Shown here: piece after piece, positions 46,961 through 56,956 of the stretch
How the letters are laid out: each line of letters begins with the position of its first letter
How positions within the stretch are numbered: position 1 is the stretch's first letter
NCBI GenBank assembly: GCA_964647565.1
Contig: CAZYIM010000007.1
Location: 1-64,000, forward strand
Direction: 5' to 3'
From: an uncultured Methanosarcinales archaeon
GTDB lineage: Archaea > Nanobdellota > Nanobdellia > Woesearchaeales > CAZYIM01
Length of the DNA: 64,000 bases
Notes under the pieces: model-generated
The model's database searches: none
What the model saw: only the letters and a program-made list of their open reading frames with translations
Told to the model about the DNA's origin: nothing
Position numbers and translations under genes: made by a program

Positions 46961-47500
46961 TTAATCAGTGACGTTGCTTTTCTGCCTGTTTTCATCTGTA
47001 ATCATATAAGACAACATCCCAATTAAAAGGGCCGAAACAACACCAATTAAATATGCCAGCCAGCCCAATTGTATCACCTTCAAAAAGATGAAAGCACCGC
47101 CGACAACACTGACCAGGACCAGCTGCCAAAGCTTGACTTTTTCATCCATCTTTTTTCCTGGCAACAGGATGACTAGAAAACCAAAGACCAGCACAGCGAT
47201 CAGCAGATAGTTAAGGTTGAAGAACTCGACTGGTTTGAACTCATTGACAAAAAGCAGCACTATATATAAGAAAAGCAGGATCTTGAAGATGGTCTCTGAA
47301 ATCGATGAAATGATTCTCAATCCTTTTTTTCTGCTCAGAAAAAATAACAGCAACACCAGAGTTACCATGGCCGAACCATAGACGATCCAACCATAATAGC
47401 CTACCTTGACAAACACTGTAAGAAAAGAGAGAAAAACCAAGACTAAGAATGCCACTAGAAGAATCGAGATAATCTGTCTTCTTGTTTTTCTGTAAAGCAT
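46961..47500 (-). CDS. Integral membrane protein (about 6 TM)
   Basis: Six hydrophobic segments. Confidence 0.8.
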   Translation of the reverse strand: MLYRKTRRQIISILLVAFLVLVFLSFLTVFVKVGYYGWIVYGSAMVTLVLLLFFLSRKKGLRIISSISETIFKILLFLYIVLLFVNEFKPVEFFNLNYLLIAVLVFGFLVILLPGKKMDEKVKLWQLVLVSVVGGAFIFLKVIQLGWLAYLIGVVSALLIGMLSYMITDENRQKSNVTD

Positions 47501-47533
47501 TGTAAAGATTAAGACACAGAGAGTATAAAAACT

Positions 47534-48433
47534 TTACTCCTCTCCTTCGTCAAAAAAGTCAACCACCTTTGAAAAGAAACCCTTGCCTTTCTGTTTTTTA
47601 GGCTCTGACGACTCCTCGCTGGGCTCCTCAACTTCCTTTATCTCAAAATCCTCTTCTGTAAAAGATTTCCTGGGCTTTTTCTTTTCAAGCTTTTCAAGCT
47701 CATCCTCAAAAGATTCTGTTCTTCGGGAAAGGAAATCAATCTTCTTGGACTCTTTTTCCTTGAACTTGGAGATGTTATCGATCTGCTCCTGCATCTGCTT
47801 AAGGACCTGCTTGATCTTCTTGTAGTCAAGCTCTGCCTGGTCATAGCTGACAATGGATCCTACTTTCTCATGCATCTGTCGCAGCTCTTCCTTAAGCTCT
47901 TTTCTTGAGACCATCTGGTTTGTCTTGTCCCTTATTTCGAGGACATCTTCCTTAAAGCCGTCAGATCCCATTGACTTGATTGATGAATGAAGTTTCCTGA
48001 TGACAGCGTTCTGCTGGTCAAGCTTCTTGTAAAGAGCAGCCACTTCGTGATTGAGGGCATCAATTTCAGCAGTCGGATCCTTCTTATCCTTGATCGCCTT
48101 CTTAAGGGTCTTGACAGCGGCTACGAAATCCTCTTGCTCGACCACCACCTCTTGCTTAGGCACTTCATTGAGTTTTGACTTGAGATAAAAAAGTGACTTC
48201 TCTGTAGCCTTGTTCGTTTCCTTTAGTTCAAGTATGGCATCAGAGAATACTTTCTTGACCTCGTTGACCTCATGCAACATTGCCTCTTCCTTGACAATGG
48301 TGTGCTCCTTGAGCTTAAGGAACTTATCCTTGATCATGTCAATGGTCTCATTCGTATCAGCGACATGTTTCTTTACCTTCGTAAAAGAAGTCTCTAGAAC
48401 TTGGTTCAGCTCTGTAAAAGATCTTATCATCAT
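47534..48433 (-). CDS. Coiled-coil protein
   Basis: K/E-rich heptads and an amphipathic C-terminus GFFSKVVDFF. Confidence 0.75.
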   Translation of the reverse strand: MMIRSFTELNQVLETSFTKVKKHVADTNETIDMIKDKFLKLKEHTIVKEEAMLHEVNEVKKVFSDAILELKETNKATEKSLFYLKSKLNEVPKQEVVVEQEDFVAAVKTLKKAIKDKKDPTAEIDALNHEVAALYKKLDQQNAVIRKLHSSIKSMGSDGFKEDVLEIRDKTNQMVSRKELKEELRQMHEKVGSIVSYDQAELDYKKIKQVLKQMQEQIDNISKFKEKESKKIDFLSRRTESFEDELEKLEKKKPRKSFTEEDFEIKEVEEPSEESSEPKKQKGKGFFSKVVDFFDEGEE

Positions 48434-48549
48434 ATAACAACCACCCCTATAGTATTTTAGTTTAACATCTCTTTATTTAATATCCACTCTAAAATAAGAA
48501 CAGATATATAAGTTTTTCGGAAAGTATAAAGAAAACATAAAAAAATAGT

Positions 48550-50442
48550 TCAGTTGTCAGAACCTATTAAAACCTGCACCGGCATAAATACCTGCTGAAA
48601 ACCAGTCCCTTTCTTGACAGTAAGCCTCAGAATATATAAGCCATCCTTATCGATGTTAATCACACCTAATACACCTTTACGGACTTGCGTCCCCGAGCCA
48701 ATTTGTTTCCAACAATCATTACACGGATAAGATGCTTTTCCTATTTCAAGGATATAGCTATCACCTGTTGCACTGCCCCTAACTTCAGTTCCAAAAGAGA
48801 CCACATCCCACATAAGAGAGTATATCGGATCTACATGGTACATTCTCGGACTTGAAATCCAAGCTACAGCTCCGCCAACCATCGAATCACTTATGCCAGC
48901 CAATGCTTTATGAACATTTACCCTGCCAGTTCCAAAATAAAAATAATCTCCGGGTCTGTCAAACATAGAGAAGTCTGTGCCAGGTATATCGACGCCTTGC
49001 TTGATAATATCTTTTAATTGATTAGGGTTAAGATTGGAGTTCTTTGACAGGATAAGACCAGCTAACCCTGCAACATACGGCGCAGCCATGCTTGTACCGC
49101 TGTAAGTATCATATCCATCAGGAACTGTCGAGATTATCTTACCGCCAGGTGCAGCAACATCTACCCAGAATCCGAAATTAGAAAAACCTGAAGGTTGGTT
49201 ATCTTCATCAAAAGATGCAACTGAAAAAACATCGCTAAATGCAGCAGGATATGATTCTCTGATAAACCCTGCGTTACCTGCAGCAGCCACCAGAAAGACG
49301 CCATTGTCATTTGCATAATCCAAGGTTTCTTCAAGAATAGATGAACGATATTCACCACCAAAACTCATAGATAGTATATCAACGCTATTATTTGTTGCAT
49401 AGTAGATACTTCTAATAACTGCGTCTGAGACAACTAGTCCGACCTCATAATAACCATCGGAGATGAATCTTTCTATGACACCTCCTGCCCTAAGGGGCAT
49501 AATCTTACAACCAGGACAGACCCCTGCAATACCCCTTGCATTATTTGTTGTTGCTGCAGCAATTCCTGCACAATGAGTTCCATGTCCATAATAATCCAAG
49601 GGCTCATTATCCCAGCCCATATAATCCTCCCCATCAATAAATCTATAAGGATCTGAGTTATATTTAGCAGGATCAAGATCAACAAAATCATAACCTGTAC
49701 CAGGAGGACACCCCTGGGTACAATCTGAAAGCATATTATCAAATAAATCCTCGTGAAGATAGTTTATACCTGTATCAATTACACCAATAACAACATGAGA
49801 TTTTCCACGCTCAATATCCCATCCTTTTTCTGCATCAGTCGCCCTATGAGCCCATTGCTGATCGTACAGCCCATCATTCGGCTTGAAGAAAGTGTAGTAT
49901 ATATAGTTAGGTTCGACATGCTCCACATTGGGATCCTGCTTAAGATCTTTTATCGCAGTCTCAACAGACCTCGCATCTTTAAGCTCGAGTTTGTATGTAT
50001 GACGTAGACTTGGATCTTTAACATTATCAGCCAATCCCTTGAAATCTACCACTCTATGCTTTTGCACGAGAACATTGACTGATTCCACACTGCTTAAGAC
50101 ATCAAGACCATAATTTACTGCCTGACCCGACACCCCCTGGCTGCCGACCAGTTTCTTCAATCCGGGATCATTCTTAAATTTGACAAGCACCTCTCCTGGC
50201 ATATAAGCAGGCAGTCTTTTTGCAACAGACAGCTTGGGCCCCCACACACCAGCACTAATACCATCAAGATTTAAACTCCTTCCATAATTCCTCAAAGCCC
50301 CACTTGATTGATCTCTTGCAAAACCCGCAAGGGATTCAGTTTCCTGTCCATCTAATCTGTTGTTCAAGAACAGGAGCGTTAATCCAGACATGACCACAAT
50401 TGCAATCAGAGAGTATATAAACGTAGAAGGCGGAGTTTTCAT
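48550..50442 (-). CDS. Subtilisin-like S8 serine protease
   Basis: VIDTG, HGTHCAG and SGTSMAAP catalytic triad; N-terminal TM helix and propeptide. Confidence 0.95.
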   Translation of the reverse strand: MKTPPSTFIYSLIAIVVMSGLTLLFLNNRLDGQETESLAGFARDQSSGALRNYGRSLNLDGISAGVWGPKLSVAKRLPAYMPGEVLVKFKNDPGLKKLVGSQGVSGQAVNYGLDVLSSVESVNVLVQKHRVVDFKGLADNVKDPSLRHTYKLELKDARSVETAIKDLKQDPNVEHVEPNYIYYTFFKPNDGLYDQQWAHRATDAEKGWDIERGKSHVVIGVIDTGINYLHEDLFDNMLSDCTQGCPPGTGYDFVDLDPAKYNSDPYRFIDGEDYMGWDNEPLDYYGHGTHCAGIAAATTNNARGIAGVCPGCKIMPLRAGGVIERFISDGYYEVGLVVSDAVIRSIYYATNNSVDILSMSFGGEYRSSILEETLDYANDNGVFLVAAAGNAGFIRESYPAAFSDVFSVASFDEDNQPSGFSNFGFWVDVAAPGGKIISTVPDGYDTYSGTSMAAPYVAGLAGLILSKNSNLNPNQLKDIIKQGVDIPGTDFSMFDRPGDYFYFGTGRVNVHKALAGISDSMVGGAVAWISSPRMYHVDPIYSLMWDVVSFGTEVRGSATGDSYILEIGKASYPCNDCWKQIGSGTQVRKGVLGVINIDKDGLYILRLTVKKGTGFQQVFMPVQVLIGSDN

Positions 50443-50508
50443 CTTAAAGCTAACTCAGAAAATAGATATTTAAAAACTTTTTTATACGATCCAGATATAC
50501 ACAAATCA

Positions 50509-50871
50509 ATGAACCAAAAACTACTCACATGGCTGCCGCTGATTGTCTATCTTTTGCTGACATTTGTGGTCTCATCCATGCCGCAATCAATGGCAGAGCC
50601 CAGGGCAATGGGTATCCCAACCTATCTGATACATGCAGCCGAGTTCTTTGTGTTGGCAGTTCTCGTTCTCAGAGTTCTTTTGTTCTACAAGGTCAAGCAA
50701 CCCTTCATGATGGCAATATTGTGCACTGTCGCATATGCATCCTTTGATGAAATGCACCAGCTTTTTGTGCCAGGCAGAAGCGGAGAGCTTTTAGATGTGA
50801 TTGTCGATACTATCGGCAGCTTCTTTGTACTGATCTTCAAGAATAAGAAGCTGAGGAAGATTATTGAGTGA
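50509..50871 (+). CDS. VanZ-family membrane protein
   Basis: H..EF..L...YASFDEMHQLFVPGRSG...D...D..G signature. Confidence 0.9.
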   Translation: MNQKLLTWLPLIVYLLLTFVVSSMPQSMAEPRAMGIPTYLIHAAEFFVLAVLVLRVLLFYKVKQPFMMAILCTVAYASFDEMHQLFVPGRSGELLDVIVDTIGSFFVLIFKNKKLRKIIE

Positions 50872-50892
50872 GAATAAAAAAATAGTGATCGC

Positions 50893-51321
50893 CTATTCTT
50901 CTTCAAGCAGTTTATGTAATTTCCTTAAACCAGTTTTATTTCCATCCCACTTAAGCATCTGCATCGCTTTATCAAAAGAACACCATCGATGAGCATCATG
51001 TTCCTCATAAATATTTTTATCAAATGTTATTTTTTCATCTGCATTGATTTCTGCACCAAATACATATTCAGTAAAATGTTTTTTGTCTTCCAATGTGAAC
51101 TGATGCACATCATTAATTATCCTTTTGATCCGGGCAATCCCGGTCTCTTCTCGCACTTCCCGAACAATCGCATCATGCAATTCTTCTCCTTCTTCTAATC
51201 CGCCAGTCACTGGCTGCCAAAAACCACCTCTTGATGCAATTCTCTTCAGTAAAAGATATTCATATGAACCGTTGACAAACCTGAAGATCACCACCTCAAC
51301 TTTTATTGGTTTTCTGCCCAT
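50893..51321 (-). CDS. Nudix hydrolase (NudB-like)
   Basis: FWQPVTGGLEEGE...AIVREVREETG and EH...W motifs. Confidence 0.9.
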   Translation of the reverse strand: MGRKPIKVEVVIFRFVNGSYEYLLLKRIASRGGFWQPVTGGLEEGEELHDAIVREVREETGIARIKRIINDVHQFTLEDKKHFTEYVFGAEINADEKITFDKNIYEEHDAHRWCSFDKAMQMLKWDGNKTGLRKLHKLLEEE

Positions 51322-51411
51322 ATATATCTAAAAATGATTTTAATTAATAAAAGTTATCATAATTAAATTAACCTACAATCATGTTCTTTTGTTTGTCAAG
51401 AATTAAAGACT

Positions 51412-51900
51412 TTAAGAAAACTGTATAGTGCCCTTGGTCAATTTAAAAGGAGGTAGCTTATTTTCCTGTGCCCATAATTGATAGGTCTCAAATTCTGCAT
51501 AATTGTTCCCGAGTTTTTCTGAGTATGGATATTCATGATGGGCTTTGGTGGTAAATGCGTCTCGCATTTTGTGGAACTCAGGCCATTCAAGCTCACAAAG
51601 CACATCTTCGAGTTTGACAAAGGGAGACCTCAACTGAAGATTAGTATCCATCAGCACACTAAAAGGATCTTGGAGGATATGGTATGCCACCGCGCTATAA
51701 CTCCGCTTATGATCTGCCTTTAGAGGACGCTCTTCTGATATGAAAACAAAATCCCCTCGGTACCGTTTATCTTTAATGCCATAGATTCCACTCCTTTGTA
51801 ATATGACACCAGTAACAGGAACTTTTTCGTGAATAGTAATGACTTTTTTATCAGTACCAGCTTCACCACATTTCTCACAGATATAACCTTTCAACACCAT
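51412..51900 (-). CDS. Hypothetical protein with N-terminal CxxC
   Basis: YICEKCG...HE; TATA box upstream. Confidence 0.65.
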   Translation of the reverse strand: MVLKGYICEKCGEAGTDKKVITIHEKVPVTGVILQRSGIYGIKDKRYRGDFVFISEERPLKADHKRSYSAVAYHILQDPFSVLMDTNLQLRSPFVKLEDVLCELEWPEFHKMRDAFTTKAHHEYPYSEKLGNNYAEFETYQLWAQENKLPPFKLTKGTIQFS

Positions 51901-52048
51901 GGAAAATCAGAAGTCCAAGATATTATTTAAACCTTTGGAAAGTGGTTAAACAGATCTTTAATGGCGTTTTCATACAACCAAAAAAAACACCCTCTTCATC
52001 ACCTGCTAAAGAAAGTTATTTAAACATCCAATCCAAATTAAACAATAT

Positions 52049-52450
52049 ATGAAAACTAAGCCAATCTTGAAAAAAATCATCCACTATATGATTGCAGTTT
52101 TCGTCCTTATAATCCTATTTTTCTTCGTGGCGGAGAACAGGAGTATGTTTATATTCCTTGCAATACTTGGAGTACTCTTCCTGGCTCTGGGAATCTGGCT
52201 GATCATACTGGCCAGGAAAGAAAAAGGCAGGTTGAAATTGTTCCTGATGGTAACAGGCATCTCCTCTGTTGCTCCCTTTGCAGGCACCATACTGCATAAC
52301 ATGTTCTACGCCTTTGCCATAACATTTGAGAAGCTTGCATTCTTGTTTGAGGCCCTGCATGCAACATTCTTCATCATATCACTGGTTATGGCGCCATTAG
52401 CATTTATAGTGGGAATTATAGGCAGCTTGATCTGTTTGAAGAAAGTATAG
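52049..52450 (+). CDS. Membrane protein (4 TM)
   Basis: Hydrophobic helices and an LHN motif. Confidence 0.75.
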   Translation: MKTKPILKKIIHYMIAVFVLIILFFFVAENRSMFIFLAILGVLFLALGIWLIILARKEKGRLKLFLMVTGISSVAPFAGTILHNMFYAFAITFEKLAFLFEALHATFFIISLVMAPLAFIVGIIGSLICLKKV

Positions 52451-52534
52451 AATAAAAAATTCCCCAACACAATTCACCATCCGTCAGAGACTAAAATGAA
52501 AATATTTATATAGTTGAGAAGAGTGCTTTTATTC

Positions 52535-52792
52535 ATGAACAGCAAACCCGAAAGACCGAAGGGCCTGACAAAACATCAAACTACATTCTATGATAAATAT
52601 ATTTCTAAAGGATATGAAAAAGATTCAGCGTTATACCTGGCTTCCATGGCAGGAATGCCTATAAAAGGCGGCTTTGTAAGCGATCCAGAGAAATATATTG
52701 CTACACATCCTGCAGCCCATTTAGCTTGGATGGACTTCCACTCGCCAAGTGTGATGGAGGAGTTTCGAAATAACTATATAATAAATATGTGA
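52535..52792 (+). CDS. Small hypothetical protein
   Basis: Start at ATG 52535, about 25 nt after tttatata. Confidence 0.6.
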   Translation: MNSKPERPKGLTKHQTTFYDKYISKGYEKDSALYLASMAGMPIKGGFVSDPEKYIATHPAAHLAWMDFHSPSVMEEFRNNYIINM

Positions 52793-52810
52793 TTTTTTCT
52801 AAGAAAAATA

Positions 52811-53482
52811 CTAATCCCTACATCTCATAATATTATAACTCACTATCTTGAACTCCTGCAGACTGTCGCTGTCTTCAGAGATTGTGTTGACAGGTTCTAG
52901 GATAAGCTTGTTGATCTTGAAATAGAGTTCGTTATAATCGTATGTCAGGAACTCATCAGTCAGTTCCTTGCCAAAGCCATCATCAGGAACCTTAAAAATA
53001 CCAGACATTTCCTCGCCATCTTTCCAGGTCTGCATAGTAGTTTCACCACCACTAATCACCCTTCTATTGAACCACCAATTACCCTGGCCATGAGTCCTTA
53101 ATATAACAGTATCAGGGATGAGCTCCCTTACTTTTTGAGTGCAATCATTTTCCTCAACAGTCTTATCCGGCCTGCATGAGCACCAGCAGTTATGCTTCCT
53201 TCCATATTTAAGGGATTCAGAAACATCGGATTTCTCAGAGTCAGAATATATAGCTTCTATGTTGACCATCGAACAATCCTGGCTGTTGCAAAGGTCGTTG
53301 CAAGTTTTTATACATTTGTCTTCAGAATCAAACCAAGTCTTCTCCGCATCACTCAGACCTTTACCTGTAGGATTGCCAGGAACATCATAGATGCCTTTGC
53401 TAAGATCACGGCAGGTATTGCATCCTGTAATAAAGATAGTGCACAACAAAACAATCAACAGAACAAGTGTCAGATATCTCAT
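52811..53482 (-). CDS. Cys-rich putative lipoprotein
   Basis: MRYLTLVLL...FITGC lipobox; C..TC..LC....C and CWCSC. Confidence 0.7.
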   Translation of the reverse strand: MRYLTLVLLIVLLCTIFITGCNTCRDLSKGIYDVPGNPTGKGLSDAEKTWFDSEDKCIKTCNDLCNSQDCSMVNIEAIYSDSEKSDVSESLKYGRKHNCWCSCRPDKTVEENDCTQKVRELIPDTVILRTHGQGNWWFNRRVISGGETTMQTWKDGEEMSGIFKVPDDGFGKELTDEFLTYDYNELYFKINKLILEPVNTISEDSDSLQEFKIVSYNIMRCRD

Positions 53483-53636
53483 GCTAACCCTAACGAAGAT
53501 TCTCATTTAAATAATTTTCTAAAAGAAAAAGAAGAAAATTTATAAAAAACAGATTAAATGATATCATAATTACAGAGGTGCTGACCAGTTAGCTGCTGGC
53601 ACCATCTTCGTTTAAAAAACTCAGAGGTGATGCATA

Positions 53637-53849
53637 ATGAAGAAAACAAAAGCAAAGAAAGAAAAATGCTGTCATAAGTTCGGCCATAATTGCAGCGGAG
53701 GCTGTACATATTTCATGGGCTTTTTAGGAGCAGTGATCTATTTCATATCAACTGCAACTGGCTTTTGGAGTGGAGTGCTGGGAGTGCTAAAGGCAATCAT
53801 CTGGCCGCTTATCCTTGTTTTCGAAGTGCTTAAGTTCATGGGCGCATAG
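53637..53849 (+). CDS. Small membrane protein
   Basis: GAGGTGA RBS; YFMGFLGA.IY...GFW.GVLG.LKA..WP. Confidence 0.75.
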   Translation: MKKTKAKKEKCCHKFGHNCSGGCTYFMGFLGAVIYFISTATGFWSGVLGVLKAIIWPLILVFEVLKFMGA

Positions 53850-53859
53850 AAGCAAACGC

Positions 53860-54564
53860 TTATTGCCAAATTATTGCATTATCCTGCCCAGCGGAAGCAT
53901 AATTGCTGTATCCTGTATCAATAATATCTTTCAAAGAGTTAACTACTTTTCTAGGTTCTCCAATCAAGACAGGAAACTTCCATCTGGAGTCAGATTCATA
54001 ACAATGATTTGAGATGATCTGCCTATACTTATGTGCAGCAACCATTTCATTGACAGCGCCCTCAGCTCTTAGTTCAAATTCCCTATTGAGTGCTCGCGTA
54101 AACACTTTTCCATCTCTGTCTGCACGTCTTACCAGAGAATCCAACATCAATTCAGGTAAATAACTCTCCAACAAGTTTTCCTGTCCAACCAGCTCTCCAA
54201 TCTCATCTGCACCAAGCGGAGATATGAAAGTTGATGCGAAATCAACAGAGGATTCATACCTATCTTTTAAGAAATCCAGTGTAGTATAATAAGTTTCAAG
54301 CAAGACAACATCATGCGTTTCAATTGCAGAATCCAGCTCATCCAGATATATTCTTTGTTCAACTCCCCTACAATCATATTGAAAGTAGTTCCCCTTTTTC
54401 CCATCAAAACCCAAGTCTTCTTCAGTGCCTTTATGCCTCTCTGTCTTTGTCTTCCTGACTTTTACCTGATACAAATCAGGGAAGTATAACTTTTTAGTCC
54501 ATTCAATGATCGGCCCTTTCCCCACCCCGGATGGTCCTGAAACGACGACCAATCTATTTTTCAT
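53860..54564 (-). CDS. Guanylate-kinase-like P-loop protein (divergent)
   Basis: LVVVSGPSGVGK, VLLE and TFISP. Start placed at ATG 54564, overlapping the upstream gene. Confidence 0.7.
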   Translation of the reverse strand: MKNRLVVVSGPSGVGKGPIIEWTKKLYFPDLYQVKVRKTKTERHKGTEEDLGFDGKKGNYFQYDCRGVEQRIYLDELDSAIETHDVVLLETYYTTLDFLKDRYESSVDFASTFISPLGADEIGELVGQENLLESYLPELMLDSLVRRADRDGKVFTRALNREFELRAEGAVNEMVAAHKYRQIISNHCYESDSRWKFPVLIGEPRKVVNSLKDIIDTGYSNYASAGQDNAIIWQ

Positions 54565-55279
54565 TTTTCCTAACCTCATAGATCTCTGCTTTCTGATAGT
54601 CTCTCCACACAGAATAATGGGTATCCCCGCCATAGACTTCTTCTGCGCAGGCAATGTGCGTGACCTTTTTTTGGCCCTTGACTAGTTGCTCCAGTTTTTC
54701 ACCAATTAGGATCTTATCGAATCGGCTTCTATAGACCAGCAGCCCATTGGTTTTCTCAATAACTTCAGATTCATGTTCACATTGACCAGTATACAAACCC
54801 AGCTTTCTTGGTTTTATATCGCCAGACGCAGATAATAATTCCAGGTCTGCTGTTGAGAAATCATAGAAGTAGGTTACAAATTCCCAATCTTCAAAGATTG
54901 TGTTCTGGCCGTCAGGTATTTCACGTACATTAGTTATTGAACCCGCTGGCCTATCCATAACTGACTTATAGGCTGGTGATGGAAAGAAAGAGACTTCCTT
55001 GTAACGATCAAATATTTTTTCCCATATTGATGCAGCACCAGCAGTTGCTTTACCGGACTTTTTCTTGTTTAAGAATATGTCGGGATGAAGGAATTTTCCA
55101 TCCTCATCTACCAAACACTCAAGGTCAATCCCACAAAAATGATCGTTCAGATATTGAGAATATCCCTTGATAGTTTCTATTGCCTTAAAATACGCATCCG
55201 TCGGGTTAGGAGCTTCCACTGAAAACTCGCTTCCAGTCCTGTCATCCTCGCAATCATGCCATATAATTTTATATTTCAT
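54554..55279 (-). CDS. Hypothetical protein
   Basis: Long ORF translationally coupled to the kinase-like gene. Confidence 0.7.
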   Translation of the reverse strand: MKYKIIWHDCEDDRTGSEFSVEAPNPTDAYFKAIETIKGYSQYLNDHFCGIDLECLVDEDGKFLHPDIFLNKKKSGKATAGAASIWEKIFDRYKEVSFFPSPAYKSVMDRPAGSITNVREIPDGQNTIFEDWEFVTYFYDFSTADLELLSASGDIKPRKLGLYTGQCEHESEVIEKTNGLLVYRSRFDKILIGEKLEQLVKGQKKVTHIACAEEVYGGDTHYSVWRDYQKAEIYEVRKNEK

Positions 55280-55387
55280 TTTTCCTAGTTTAGATAATGA
55301 ATATACTATTTTAATTTAATGCATACTTTATGTATTTTGAATACATTTTTCGAAAAGTTTATATAGTAAATAATCCAACACAAAAAC

Positions 55388-55441
55388 ATGTCCTAAGAAA
55401 TTCAATTAGCATTTAGGGGACATTGTAAATCTTGGAGATTT
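55388..55441. repeat. Composite palindrome in the 5' leader of the PhoU regulator
   Basis: atgtcc-taa...ttag-g-ggacat (55388-55423) plus aaatct-tgg-agattt (55427-55441). Confidence 0.55.
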
Positions 55442-55444
55442 CCA

Positions 55445-56353
55445 ATGAGAAGAAAACTGATCCAACACGGAATGTCATCACTGACCATAACCCTGCCAAG
55501 AAAATGGATCAAAAACAACAATCTGAAGAAGAGTGATGAGATTGAGTTGGATGAATCGAATGGAAAACTGATTATTGCCACAAAAAAACACTATGAATCC
55601 AAAAAAATCGCAGTAGATATCTCTAATGCAAAGCCCATGATAAGAAAAATAATAGGGGCCACCTTCAAATCAGGCTATGACGAAGTCAATATCAGATTCA
55701 GCTCGTTCAGTGAATTAAAGGCAGTCCAGGACCTGATGAGGGAACAATTTTCAGGCTTTGAGATAATCAAACAGACTAAGAACAGCATCTTAATAAAAAA
55801 TGTATCTCAATCAAATTTTGGAGAGTTCAATAATATGCTTAGAAGATTCTTCTATATCATGAATCACACAGCATCTGAAGTCTCTGGCGCAATAGGCAAA
55901 AACGATCTTGCATGGCTGAAAAACACAACCCTGATGAAGATTGAATCAGATAAATGTGCCGATTACTGCAGAAGGGCCATCAATATGGGCTTTGAGACAG
56001 AATTTAAGAGAATAGGCCCATTATATACTATCATTGAACAGCTTGAAAAGGTTGTGGACAGGTATAGGGACTTGGCAGACCATATTGCCTCAAAAAATAT
56101 TAAAGCCAGCAATAAAATCAAATCTTTCATAAAAAAACTAGCTGACTTTCAAGAATTATTCCGCAATCTGTTTTACAAATATGAACAAAATAAGATGGTG
56201 GAATTTGGCAAAAAGAAAGTGAGCCTACAAAAGGAACTAGACAAAATATCTGAAAACTGCTCAAAAAAAGAGATGAAAATCATCACCCTCCTGGACAGGA
56301 TCCTGAATCTAATTTTCGATCTAAACGGTCCGTTGATCTCAATCAAAATTTAA
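55445..56353 (+). CDS. AbrB-PhoU phosphate-uptake regulator family protein
   Basis: MRRKLIQHG.SSLTITLP.KW, Y..GYDE, GFEII, LRRFF and QLEKV.D motifs. Confidence 0.9.
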   Translation: MRRKLIQHGMSSLTITLPRKWIKNNNLKKSDEIELDESNGKLIIATKKHYESKKIAVDISNAKPMIRKIIGATFKSGYDEVNIRFSSFSELKAVQDLMREQFSGFEIIKQTKNSILIKNVSQSNFGEFNNMLRRFFYIMNHTASEVSGAIGKNDLAWLKNTTLMKIESDKCADYCRRAINMGFETEFKRIGPLYTIIEQLEKVVDRYRDLADHIASKNIKASNKIKSFIKKLADFQELFRNLFYKYEQNKMVEFGKKKVSLQKELDKISENCSKKEMKIITLLDRILNLIFDLNGPLISIKI

Positions 56354-56489
56354 ATTATGTTCAAAAAATCATAAAACAATAGAAAGGATTTGAGGCTTTC
56401 ATTATATAAAAACCGAAAGCTTTATATATTAAAGGCAACTAATATATAAAAAAGTATATTAATAATAAAAAAATAAAAGAGGTGTAAAT

Positions 56490-56885
56490 ATGAAAATAAA
56501 TAACATATTAATGATTTTGGCTGTAATAGGTCTTTTATTTGCAGCAGGATGCGCATCTGGAAAGGCTGGTGATGATACTATCACTATGACTGGAACTAAT
56601 AATACAAACACAACCAACGGAACAATAATAATAACACAACCAACAACACTAAACGAAACAAACACAACCAACAACGAAACAAACGGAACAATAATAATAA
56701 CACCAACAACAACACTAAACGAAACAAACACAACCAACAACGAAACAAACGGAACAATAATAATAACACCAACAACAACACTAAACGACACCAATCAAAC
56801 CAATAAGAGTGTAATACCACCAAGACCGCCTAAATACGAGAACGATACAAACACGACGGTTAATGGAACTAATTACACAAGTTAA
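56490..56885 (+). CDS. Small Asn/Thr-rich lipoprotein
   Basis: GAGGTG RBS, FAAGC lipobox and 18 N-x-S/T sequons. Confidence 0.8.
   Translation: MKINNILMILAVIGLLFAAGCASGKAGDDTITMTGTNNTNTTNGTIIITQPTTLNETNTTNNETNGTIIITPTTTLNETNTTNNETNGTIIITPTTTLNDTNQTNKSVIPPRPPKYENDTNTTVNGTNYTS
56616..56788 (+). repeat. 66-bp tandem repeat (about 2.6 copies)
   Basis: aacggaacaataataataacac starts at 56616, 56682 and 56748. Confidence 0.95.
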
Positions 56886-56911
56886 TTTTTTTCTTTTTTC
56901 TTCTTTTTCTC
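56886..56911 (+). terminator. Pyrimidine/T-rich archaeal terminator
   Basis: ttttttcttttttcttctttttct directly after the stop codon. Confidence 0.5.
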
Positions 56912-56956
56912 TAAAAAAGACTATATATTTTTATAGGTATTTCCATTCCCTACTGT

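Noticed and set aside
56616..56788. AAC-rich repeats as a CRISPR array or DGR template repeat
   Set aside because: The units are contiguous with no unique spacers and lie in frame within a lipoprotein gene. No cas gene, RT gene or matching variable region is present.
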